A stretch of DNA of 63,025 nucleotides, the filler included, from Myxococcota bacterium (GTDB lineage: Bacteria; Myxococcota_C; UBA6777): NCBI GenBank assembly GCA_023150835.1. It is 3 parts of 3 records of this genome, joined end to end, with 100 filler letters (N's around TTAATTAATTAA, not from the genome) between each part and the next. Parts side by side here need not be neighbours in the genome. Positions count along the whole stretch, not along the records: positions 25,371 to 50,458 come from JAKLKB010000104.1; 2 more parts are not named here. One strand, 5' to 3'. The notes beneath the pieces are model-generated. The model saw only the letters and a list, made by a program, of their open reading frames with translations. It was not told the DNA's origin and made no database searches. The position numbers and the translations under genes were made by a program. Below are positions 38,203 through 47,455 of this stretch, one piece after another. Each line of letters starts with the position of its first letter. The stretch's first letter is position 1.

Positions 38203-40557
38203 ATGAGAAATCCACCGACATCTCGCACCGTACACGGCCTTGCATGGATGGCTCTGCTTTTCCTTGCATGGGCTTGTTCTCCCACCCCTCCCACCACCAC
38301 CTGCACACAAGCAAAAGACTGCTCCCATATCCCCAACTACACCTGCGAACTCGGCTACTGCGTCCCCAACACCTCGCCCTACACCCAAAGCAACGTCTCC
38401 AGCGAAAATCCCCACCAGCCGCCTCTTTTTCCCTCCGAATCCACCACCCAAGAACCCCAAACCACCGAACCCACCACCTCAGACGGTCTGTTGCCCGAAT
38501 CCTCCACCACCGAACCCGCCCAAGAGGGCAGTCGCATCGAAGGTCATCCTGTTGAAGCCGTCCAAGAGGGCAGTCGCATCGAAGGCCATCCTGTTGAAGC
38601 CGTCCAAGATGGCGGAAACATCGAAGCCCCTCCCACCGAAACCACCCAAAACGACAACCCCCCAGAGATCGAACCCACCGACCCTCCGCCCACCTGCGTC
38701 GGCAACGAAACGCGACCCTGTACCACCAAAAAAGTCGGACCCTGCGCGATCGGCGAACAAACCTGCCAACAAGGTGACTGGAGCGACTGCCAAGACACCT
38801 ATACGCCACAAGAGGAATTCAAGAATTGCGCGGACGGCGTCGACAACGACTGCGACGGCAAAACCGACACCAACGACACCAAACCCGCAGGCTGCAAATG
38901 GGATATCGACCACCCCGCGAACACGACCAACGGCAAGCTCCGATGGGTCGCTACCACCCCACACGCTGGCGCGCTTTACATCCTCGGCGAATACCTCGGT
39001 AAACCCGCCCTTCCCCTCCAAAACCAACAGATCTACACCTTCCCAAGCACCACCACCAAACGCGGCTTTCTCGCAAAGCTCCATCCCACGGGCTATTTTG
39101 AATGGATCCGCGTGTTCTGGCCCAACACCGCCGACACACGTTTCCGCCCCACCGCGCTCACCTTCCATCCCGATCCAGCCGACCCCACCAAAGGCTCCAT
39201 CTTCCTCGCAGGCCACTTTGGAGGTGCCCTCCAAAACACCACTCCGCTCTCACTCCATCCCACCACAATCCAAACCACCACCTCCCAAACCACCACACCC
39301 TCCCTTCTCACCGACACCTTGACAGCAAAGCTCTTCGCGATCTTTGTCCTTCAATACGATGCCGCCGGAAACTTTGTCCGCGCCTCCAAAATGGACACCT
39401 ACACAGACGGGACACAAACCACCGCCGAATACTTTAGCGCCAACGCCATCCTTTACGCAAACAATGCCCTCTACGTCGCGGGCGGCATCTGGGGAAAATT
39501 CGAGTACCCGGATCCAAAATTTCCCCAATCCATCAAACATGTACGTGCCTACGATCGCAGACATCCCTATCTGATCCGCTTCTCCACAAACACCTCCAAG
39601 ATCAGCGTCCAAGACGTCTACTTCTTTACGCCCGGTGGCAACGCAACCAGCGAAGTCTTTGGCTTGGCCTTTGATGCCGCACAACAAAAGATCTTCGCCG
39701 CAGGAAGCACGATAGGCGGACTCTCTCTACAACAATATCCCGCACCGACCACCTCAGCCGTCGCAGGATACGGCGGCCACGATGCGTTTTTGGTCACGCT
39801 CAACAACGACTTGACTTCCCCGACCATCCGCCTCTTTGGTTCGAGTGGTGACGACTTTGCTCGTGGCCTCGTCTATGACCCACAACGCGGATTCTTTCTC
39901 TTTGGTGAAGCATTCGTCGGAAGCGGCCTACCTACCGTGTTATACGCAAACTTTCGGCCCAAACAACCAAACGATCCCAACATCGCCTCAATTGACGCAA
40001 AAGGCCAACGTACCGCCTTTTTGGCCCATTGGAGCCCTTCCTACCAAGCACAATGGATATTTGGCGTGGGTTCTGACAATTTCAAAATCCAAGGAACCCA
40101 AGACACCTTTTTGAACCAAGCCTCCGCCACACACCTCGCCTTGCACAACAACACCCTCTACCTCGCGGGCCTTTTCCGTGGTGATCTCGCCTACTACCAA
40201 GGCCACAACACCACTTCCATCTCTCTCTCGAAAAACTCCACAGGCCCCAACGCCACAAATATCCAACGTACCTTTGCCAACAAACTCGCCGACAACTTCC
40301 TACTCGCGATCAACCCGACCACAGGCGCACTCGCCTCCAACAACAGCTACCGCATCATCGAAAACACTTCTCTCTCGGCCCCCATCCTTCGGGCTCCTGC
40401 GGGTATCTCGTTTGACCCACACAACGTTGCTTATCTTTTCCTCAACCAAGAAGATCCCGCCTTCTTGCAGGCCACAACAAGCTTCGAGATATTCGCCACC
40501 ACCACCATGCCTCCGCCCTACAAGGCCGAGATCTTCAAACACCCTCTGCCACGCTAA
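38203..40557 (+). CDS. Cys-rich lipoprotein with one CxDGxDNDCDG motif and a C-terminal beta-propeller-like domain
   Basis: LAWAC lipobox, Pro/Thr/Glu linker with a 42-bp duplication (38521-38604), GGHDAFLV and FGSSGDDFARG blades. Confidence 0.85.
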   Translation: MRNPPTSRTVHGLAWMALLFLAWACSPTPPTTTCTQAKDCSHIPNYTCELGYCVPNTSPYTQSNVSSENPHQPPLFPSESTTQEPQTTEPTTSDGLLPESSTTEPAQEGSRIEGHPVEAVQEGSRIEGHPVEAVQDGGNIEAPPTETTQNDNPPEIEPTDPPPTCVGNETRPCTTKKVGPCAIGEQTCQQGDWSDCQDTYTPQEEFKNCADGVDNDCDGKTDTNDTKPAGCKWDIDHPANTTNGKLRWVATTPHAGALYILGEYLGKPALPLQNQQIYTFPSTTTKRGFLAKLHPTGYFEWIRVFWPNTADTRFRPTALTFHPDPADPTKGSIFLAGHFGGALQNTTPLSLHPTTIQTTTSQTTTPSLLTDTLTAKLFAIFVLQYDAAGNFVRASKMDTYTDGTQTTAEYFSANAILYANNALYVAGGIWGKFEYPDPKFPQSIKHVRAYDRRHPYLIRFSTNTSKISVQDVYFFTPGGNATSEVFGLAFDAAQQKIFAAGSTIGGLSLQQYPAPTTSAVAGYGGHDAFLVTLNNDLTSPTIRLFGSSGDDFARGLVYDPQRGFFLFGEAFVGSGLPTVLYANFRPKQPNDPNIASIDAKGQRTAFLAHWSPSYQAQWIFGVGSDNFKIQGTQDTFLNQASATHLALHNNTLYLAGLFRGDLAYYQGHNTTSISLSKNSTGPNATNIQRTFANKLADNFLLAINPTTGALASNNSYRIIENTSLSAPILRAPAGISFDPHNVAYLFLNQEDPAFLQATTSFEIFATTTMPPPYKAEIFKHPLPR

Positions 40558-40662
40558 CCCACACAGGCCCCACCCGAAACACTCCGATCTCGCCCGTTGC
40601 GCCTGTGACAAAACCAGCGTACAAACGAAATTTAGATACGAACAACGATTGAGGGATACGCC

Positions 40663-43600
40663 ATGCACACAACACCGCAACGATACCTGCCGCTCGGGTG
40701 CCTGATGGCCCTGTGGATCGGCCTTTGGGCTTGCGCCCCCACCGTCCCTAGCCAGCAAAGCTGCCAAGAAGATCGCGACTGCTCGGCAGGTTACGCTTGT
40801 GTCTTTGGCGCGTGCTCTAGCCTTAGCAGCGAAAGTGGACGCGAAAACATCGCACAGATCAGCGACGCCAACACCCATCAACCCGATATCCCTCAAGAAC
40901 CTCCCTGCCGCGAAAGCGACACCCGCCCCTGCTTCCCCCGCAACCAAAAAGGCTGCACCTCCTCGCAAGGCTCCTTTTCATGCACCCAACCTTGCAGCAC
41001 AGGCACACAGACCTGTAGCAACGGCCTTTGGGGTGAGTGCATCGGAGCTATCGTCCCCGCCCCCGAAGAATGCAACGGCAAAGATGACGATTGCGACGGA
41101 CAGATCGACAACAACCTCACCCCGCCGCTTTGCGCCAAACAAAGTGGCCTCTGCAAAGGCTCCACCAAGCAGATCTGCGACGGCAAAAACGGCTGGAAAG
41201 AATGCGATCGAGCCGCTTATACCAAACACCATGACGCCTATGAGCCCTCTGAAACCCGATGCGACGGCCTCGACAACGACTGCGACGGGCAAGCCGACAA
41301 CAACCTTCCACCCAAACTCTGCGACAAGCAAAGCGGCGTCTGCAACGGCACCAAAGCCACCTGCGGGGGCAAAAACGGCTGGAAGCCTTGTGATGATGCC
41401 CACTACAAAAACCAAGCCCCCAAATACTCGGACAAAGAAGAATGCGACGGACTCGACAACAACTGCGACGGCAACATCGACGAAGGTTGTTCCTGCGTCG
41501 ATGGCCAAACACAGCCCTGTTTCCCCGGAAATGTCGGATGCAAAAAAGACGCTGACAACGGCACTTACCAATGCGACGGCCCATGCAAAACAGGCACACA
41601 AACATGCAGCGGCGGAAAATGGGGAAGTTGTGAGGGCGCAAGCATCGGAAAACCCGAAGAATGCAACGGCATCGACGACGATTGCGATGGACAGATCGAT
41701 AACGGCCTCACCGCTCCCCCTTGCGAAAATCAAAAAGGCGTCTGCAACGGTTCCAAAAAGATTTGTGATGGCAAAAATGGTTGGAAGGCATGCGATCAAA
41801 CCGACTACACCAAACACAGCACCGACTATGAGATCAAAGAAACCAAGTGCGATGGACTCGACAACGACTGCGACGAAAACATCGACAACGGCTTGACTGC
41901 CCCCGTATGCACCAACCAAAAAGGCGTCTGCAAGGACTCCGTACAGACCTGTAAAGGCACAGACGGCTGGAAGGATTGCGATCACGCTGCTTATGCCTCG
42001 CAGAACAAGGCTTACGAGATCAACGAAACCCGATGTGACGGTCTCGACAACGACTGCGACGGCAATGTCGACAACGGCCTCACTCCACCCACATGCACCA
42101 AACAAAACGGCGTCTGCAACGGCTCCAAACAGACCTGCGACGGTGTAAAGGGATGGACAGATTGCAACACCGCAGCTTATACCGCACACAACGCTGACTA
42201 CGAGGAAACCGAAACCAAGTGCGACGGCAAGGACAACGACTGCGACGGTAGCACCGACAAACATTGTGACTGTCAACTCGGGCAAACTCGCGAGTGTTTC
42301 GGCGGTTCCAACGGATGCACACCCGATCCAAGCGGTGTCGGCTCCTACAAATGCAATCCGCCCTGCCAAGCCGGCAAGCAACAGTGCGTTGCCGGAAAAT
42401 GGGGCGACTGCACAGGCGATGTCCGCGAAGCCAAGGAGATCTGCGACGGCATCGACAACGATTGCGATGGCAAGGTCGACAACAACCTGACCCCCGTCCC
42501 TTGCGACAAACAAGATGGCGTTTGCCAAGGCTCCACCAAGATCTGCGACAGCCTACAAAAAAAATGGCTTGACTGCGATGATGCCCGATACAAGGCATAC
42601 AACACCGCCTACGAAGCCACCGAAACCCTGTGCGATGGACTCGACAACAACTGCGACGGCAAGGTCGACAACAACCTCCCCACCAACCCCTGTTCCAACC
42701 AAAAAGGCGTCTGCCTTGGTGCCAACCAAACCTGCAACGGTATCAAAGGATGGAAAGATTGCGAGCCTCGCGATTATTACGCGCACAACAGCGATTACCA
42801 ACCCACCGAAACCAAATGCGACAACAAAGACAACGATTGTGACGGTCAAATCGACGAAAACATCAAGCGAAACACCTACCCCTCCGATACCCGAGGATGC
42901 ACCCTCGACCCAAACACCCAACAATACAAGTGCGAGGGCATCTGCCAACCCGGGATGTCCGTTTGCAAAGCTGGGCAGTGGCAACAAGAAACCCCCGCCA
43001 TCACCCCCCAAAAAGAGTTCATGCTCTGTACCGATGGCAAAGACAACGATTGCGACGGCAAGATCGACTACAGCGATCTTCGCGCTTACAACGCCTCCGC
43101 CTCCGACGAACGCGACAACTGCGTGTCCACCTATTCTTTGATCAAGCATGACTCCAACGGACAAATCGAAGGCCGTCTCCTGATCAAAGATATCGTCAGC
43201 AATGCCTCCGAAGGGCGGGGCGATCTCTATCTGTTGGGCGAGATCACAGGCACTTATGGCTATGTCACCACCAGCGGCCAAGGTGCCAGCATCGCAAGCC
43301 CCAACGGCATCTTGGGCTTTGTCATGAAAGTGACGCCTGAATTCCGCGTCCATTGGGCCTTTACCTTCAGTATGCCTCTCCCGTTCCCATTGAGCGGCTC
43401 CGCCCAACCCCAACGCCTTGCCTACGCAAACAACAAGCTCTACATCACAGGCAGCTTCCAAGGCACCATCCGCCTCCAAACGGGCCCCCTCTCCCCAACC
43501 AACACAAAATATGAATCCCTCACGGCGGGCTTCACAAACCGAAGCGCCGCTTTTGTTTGGGCGATCCAAGATGCCGTAAGCCAACCCGCGACTGGATTGT

Positions 43601-44736
43601 GGGCCGCCAAGATCGATTACGGCGACACCACCGCCCACAGCATCGTCGCAAACCAAGGCGCGGTGTATGTCGGGGGAAAGAGTACGCCCGATTTCAGTAT
43701 CTCGCCTACCGGCGAAACCTCCGGCAACGACCCCTTTATCGCTGTCCTCTCCGCCGTTGATGGTGCGATCAAAGGCAGGAAATTCTTCAAAACCATCGCC
43801 GCAGGCACGGCTGACCTCAACGACCGCATCTGGCAAATGGCGCTGTTTAACGGTGACCTTGTGGCTGTGGGGACATTTTCAGGAGACTACGAGAAGGACA
43901 CCACAAGCAGCATCACGAGTACGGGCGGGCGTGATGCCTTTTTGGTTCGACTGTCTCTCGACCTCAAAACCATCCATTGGTTCAAGCGCATCCATTCCGC
44001 CGAGGACGACACCCCCACCGCACTCCACGTCGAAGGCAGCGATATCTACGTTGCGGGTACTTCCTCTCTCAACGCGAGCGCCTCCTTCTACAAGATCACT
44101 TTCGAGGGCGGCGCGTCTTCGGACTTGTTCGGACGCAAAACAAGCATATACAACGGATTTATCGCTCGTTACAAAGACTTGGGAACGGGTACTCCCAGCC
44201 TCCAATGGGCCTATCTCGCCGCGTCCTCTCAAAGGACGGGAAAAGTCGTTCCTACCGCCATCGGGATGCGCGATGGATTGCTCCATCTCGTCGGTTCTTA
44301 CCTCGAAGACTTCGGCCTCTATCAAACCTCGACCCTGTACAGCACCACGACCATCCCTGTCCCCATCGCAGGCTCCACGTTGACTGGCTCAGCCACCCAA
44401 GTCGGCCTCTTCGTGTTGCTCCTCGATAGCGCGGGAACTCTCGTCGCTCCCGTCCGTTATCCCGCCCTTTCACGCACCCCCACCAACCCCATGTCTCTGC
44501 ACGACACCAACACAGCGAGAGCTCATTGGCTTGCCAATGCCCTTGCCTTCGATGTTTACGGCATGGATTATCTCGCGATCGGCTTTGCCTCAACCCAACT
44601 CAGCAACTTCGATCTCAATCCTCTCGTCTGGAGCAACTGGAGCCTACGAAGCATCCCCACCCCCGCCACGCTCTACCAAAAAGGCGCATTTCCCCGAAAA
44701 TCAGGCGCAATCAGCCCTCCGCTTCCCGTTCCCTGA
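40663..44736 (+). CDS. Large Cys-rich lipoprotein with 11 C[DN]GxD[ND][DN]CDG-type (MopE-related) repeats and a beta-propeller-like C-terminus
   Basis: LWAC lipobox; repeats counted in the translation; GGRDAFLV blade motif shared with the upstream gene. Confidence 0.9.
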   Translation: MHTTPQRYLPLGCLMALWIGLWACAPTVPSQQSCQEDRDCSAGYACVFGACSSLSSESGRENIAQISDANTHQPDIPQEPPCRESDTRPCFPRNQKGCTSSQGSFSCTQPCSTGTQTCSNGLWGECIGAIVPAPEECNGKDDDCDGQIDNNLTPPLCAKQSGLCKGSTKQICDGKNGWKECDRAAYTKHHDAYEPSETRCDGLDNDCDGQADNNLPPKLCDKQSGVCNGTKATCGGKNGWKPCDDAHYKNQAPKYSDKEECDGLDNNCDGNIDEGCSCVDGQTQPCFPGNVGCKKDADNGTYQCDGPCKTGTQTCSGGKWGSCEGASIGKPEECNGIDDDCDGQIDNGLTAPPCENQKGVCNGSKKICDGKNGWKACDQTDYTKHSTDYEIKETKCDGLDNDCDENIDNGLTAPVCTNQKGVCKDSVQTCKGTDGWKDCDHAAYASQNKAYEINETRCDGLDNDCDGNVDNGLTPPTCTKQNGVCNGSKQTCDGVKGWTDCNTAAYTAHNADYEETETKCDGKDNDCDGSTDKHCDCQLGQTRECFGGSNGCTPDPSGVGSYKCNPPCQAGKQQCVAGKWGDCTGDVREAKEICDGIDNDCDGKVDNNLTPVPCDKQDGVCQGSTKICDSLQKKWLDCDDARYKAYNTAYEATETLCDGLDNNCDGKVDNNLPTNPCSNQKGVCLGANQTCNGIKGWKDCEPRDYYAHNSDYQPTETKCDNKDNDCDGQIDENIKRNTYPSDTRGCTLDPNTQQYKCEGICQPGMSVCKAGQWQQETPAITPQKEFMLCTDGKDNDCDGKIDYSDLRAYNASASDERDNCVSTYSLIKHDSNGQIEGRLLIKDIVSNASEGRGDLYLLGEITGTYGYVTTSGQGASIASPNGILGFVMKVTPEFRVHWAFTFSMPLPFPLSGSAQPQRLAYANNKLYITGSFQGTIRLQTGPLSPTNTKYESLTAGFTNRSAAFVWAIQDAVSQPATGLWAAKIDYGDTTAHSIVANQGAVYVGGKSTPDFSISPTGETSGNDPFIAVLSAVDGAIKGRKFFKTIAAGTADLNDRIWQMALFNGDLVAVGTFSGDYEKDTTSSITSTGGRDAFLVRLSLDLKTIHWFKRIHSAEDDTPTALHVEGSDIYVAGTSSLNASASFYKITFEGGASSDLFGRKTSIYNGFIARYKDLGTGTPSLQWAYLAASSQRTGKVVPTAIGMRDGLLHLVGSYLEDFGLYQTSTLYSTTTIPVPIAGSTLTGSATQVGLFVLLLDSAGTLVAPVRYPALSRTPTNPMSLHDTNTARAHWLANALAFDVYGMDYLAIGFASTQLSNFDLNPLVWSNWSLRSIPTPATLYQKGAFPRKSGAISPPLPVP

Positions 44737-44840
44737 TCCGTGTCCTGTCCATGATCTCGGTCAATCGGGGTTTTATACCGAGGGGTCGCGTCTCATTTGC
44801 GGCGTACCAGCGTTGCGGATAACGTGGTCAATTGGGGGGT

Positions 44841-45884
44841 TTAGGGTCGGGGGTTCGCAGCAGGCCAGATGTACCAAGCACGGGGGGTTTGGGCCGAGAG
44901 CAAGTCCGACAACGACGGGCTTGACGCACGCCGCACAAGCTCGGGCATCTCCGCCACTCCCGCAAAGATATCGAACAACGTCGCTTCTTTGCGATACGCA
45001 ACAAACCGTGCATTCGGAAGTTTGGTCAACTTCAACAACAGATCTTGTGCGTCTTTGCGATAACCGATGCGATCGATCAGCTTGTATTTGAGTGCGTCTT
45101 CTGCAACAAACACCCGTCCATCCGCCACTTGGAGAACCGCTTCACGTTTGAGCTTTCGCCCTGCCACCACGATATCCACGAAACGATGGTACATCTTGTC
45201 TACGATGGTCTTGATGATCTGCTTGTGTTCTTCTTGGATCGGATCGTAGGGTGACAACAGCGCTTTGTTCTTTTTGGATGTAATCGAAACGCCCTTCACA
45301 CCGATCTTTTCCAACATCGCAGAGAAATTCAGCGTCGAGACGATCACGCCGATACTTCCTGTGACGGTCGTGGGGTGGGCGACGATCTGGTGTGCAGCAG
45401 CGGTGGCATACACGCAGCCCGATGCACAAGTATCCCCCATCAGCGCAACGATCGGCTTTTTCTTCGCCAACCGCGTTAACGCATGATAGATCTTGTCGCT
45501 TGCAGTCACGCTCCCACCCGGAGAATTCGCCAACAACAACACGCCTCGCACCATCTTGTCCCGTTCGGCTTGTCGGATCATTGGCAAAAGACTTGCCGCC
45601 GTCGCCCGCTCGCGAAAATTTCCCACCCCTTCCATGATCACGCCGTTGAGATCCAACACCGCGACCTTGCTCTCGCCCTTGCCTGCCAAAACAACTTCGC
45701 GTAACTTTTGCCCTTGGCCTTGTGCTTGTTGTTTGTCGCTCACCATCGCAAACAACAAGACGTTGACGACGAGGCTCGCCAACAGCACGCACCCCACCCC
45801 CGCCATGCAACCAAAAGAGGTCCGTTTCGGCGGTGGGATGGGCGGATACGATGGCGGATAATTCGAAGCGGGTTGTGGTTGCAT
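44841..45884 (-). CDS. sppA: Signal peptide peptidase SppA (S49, short type)
   Basis: NSPGGSV, CASGCVY, TGSIGV, ADGRVF; start could be as far upstream as 45944. Confidence 0.92.
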   Translation of the reverse strand: MQPQPASNYPPSYPPIPPPKRTSFGCMAGVGCVLLASLVVNVLLFAMVSDKQQAQGQGQKLREVVLAGKGESKVAVLDLNGVIMEGVGNFRERATAASLLPMIRQAERDKMVRGVLLLANSPGGSVTASDKIYHALTRLAKKKPIVALMGDTCASGCVYATAAAHQIVAHPTTVTGSIGVIVSTLNFSAMLEKIGVKGVSITSKKNKALLSPYDPIQEEHKQIIKTIVDKMYHRFVDIVVAGRKLKREAVLQVADGRVFVAEDALKYKLIDRIGYRKDAQDLLLKLTKLPNARFVAYRKEATLFDIFAGVAEMPELVRRASSPSLSDLLSAQTPRAWYIWPAANPRP

Positions 45885-46009
45885 CTTTGTTCTTGCTCCT
45901 GTGTGTCTTGATCCATCAATGGTTTCTTTTTGCCGATCATCCAAGTCGGCTCAACGTCCAGAGCGCTCGCGTCTTTTCGCTAGAAGACTTACGCAGATTG
46001 ATTTGTTTG

Positions 46010-46070
46010 GTGGGGCTTTGCCCCAAACCCCACAAGGGACTGGCGCCCCTTGACTCCCGTGAGGGGCGAA
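46010..46070 (-). repeat. REP-like element family A (reverse, variant)
   Basis: GTGGGGCTTTGCCCCAAACCCCACAAGGG...CCCCTTGACTCCC. Confidence 0.7.
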
Positions 46071-46238
46071 CAGATCACAGTTTTTCAAGCCAACGGCTCT
46101 GTCGCTCGCAACAGCCGCGAACACGGGAGTTGTTGGCCACAGGCCACTCCTCTCGGTCGCATCTCGCGTTGTCCACGATCATCCCAAACGATGCACGCTT
46201 GTGTGCGCCCAAAACGCTACGCCACCAAAGGAAAGCGC

Positions 46239-47429
46239 ATGTTGCTCCAACCCTGCTTTTTTCACAAGCACCCCACACCCACAGCTCCGCCCTCTCGGCT
46301 CGGGGTGGGGGCGGCCTGCACGCCGCTCCCTGTTTCTGTGTCGCTGTTTGCCTTGATGTCGCTGCTTGTCTTTATGCTGCTGGCCTCGTCCGTCGAGGCT
46401 CGCTCTACCGCTTGGAGACAAGGCGATCTCGCAGCAGCCAAGCGCCACGCAGCGGGCCGTCCTCTTCTTGTGCAAGTCTCGGCGGCGTGGTGTTCGCCTT
46501 GCAATCAGCTTCACCATGAAGTCCATGATACTCCTGCGATCCTTCCGTTTCTTCAACGCGCTGTTGGCGTCCGTATCGACTTCGACACCCCCCAAGGCCA
46601 AGCGATCACCCGACGCTACGCGATCCTCGATCTCCCTACACTTCTTCTCCTCGATGCAACTGGCCAAGAGATCGGAAGGCTCCAAGGATACAACGGAAAA
46701 GAAGCCTATCTACGGCACCTTCACGCCCTTTTCCAACAACACAACGAAGTCCTCTCCCTCCAAACACTTCGGGCGCAACGCCCGCTCACCCCACACGAAC
46801 AACTCCACCTTGCCCGAGCCTTGCTCGTGCGTGGGAAACACCCGCAAGCCTACGCCCTCTTACAACCTCTGCTTTTCCAGCCCTCTTCCGTTGGACAAGA
46901 CGCCACGCGGATCTGGGGGCGCTGGCTGCTGCGCGTCCAAAAACGCCCCCTCGAAGCCGATGCCCACTTTCAACGCGCTGCTCGCACTTACGCAAATACC
47001 CCTGCTTTTGGCGGCTTCCTCTACTGGCAAGCCAACAGCCTCCATCAACAAAACCAAACCTCCCAAGCCATCGCTCTTTTCACTCAATGGGCGCAACGCT
47101 CTCCCCACGATAGCCTCCCCCCCATGCTGCTTGCGGACTTTCTACTCCATCACCGACTCTCCCCTGACCGCTCCTACACCGCCATCCAACAAGCCTTCCG
47201 ACGCCTCCCCACACACACTCCCCTCTACAAAAAACGCGCACCTTGGCTGTTTTATCTCTCCGCCCAATACCACCAACGCCAAGGGCACCTCATCCAAGCC
47301 CACACCGCACTCCAACAAGCTCTCCAACTCTCCCCTCACACCGCCATCTACCAAAACTTCGCACGACAGCTCCCCCCCATCCCACCGCCCCCTGCCCTTC
47401 ACGTCACACCACACAAACCAAGGCCCTAA
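46239..47429 (+). CDS. Exported thioredoxin-family protein with TPR-like repeats
   Basis: AAWCSPC, LPTLLLLDATGQEIGRLQGY, helical TPR-like C-terminus; start uncertain. Confidence 0.8.
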   Translation: MLLQPCFFHKHPTPTAPPSRLGVGAACTPLPVSVSLFALMSLLVFMLLASSVEARSTAWRQGDLAAAKRHAAGRPLLVQVSAAWCSPCNQLHHEVHDTPAILPFLQRAVGVRIDFDTPQGQAITRRYAILDLPTLLLLDATGQEIGRLQGYNGKEAYLRHLHALFQQHNEVLSLQTLRAQRPLTPHEQLHLARALLVRGKHPQAYALLQPLLFQPSSVGQDATRIWGRWLLRVQKRPLEADAHFQRAARTYANTPAFGGFLYWQANSLHQQNQTSQAIALFTQWAQRSPHDSLPPMLLADFLLHHRLSPDRSYTAIQQAFRRLPTHTPLYKKRAPWLFYLSAQYHQRQGHLIQAHTALQQALQLSPHTAIYQNFARQLPPIPPPPALHVTPHKPRP

Positions 47430-47455
47430 CAGACCAACACAAAAGAGATATCGCC

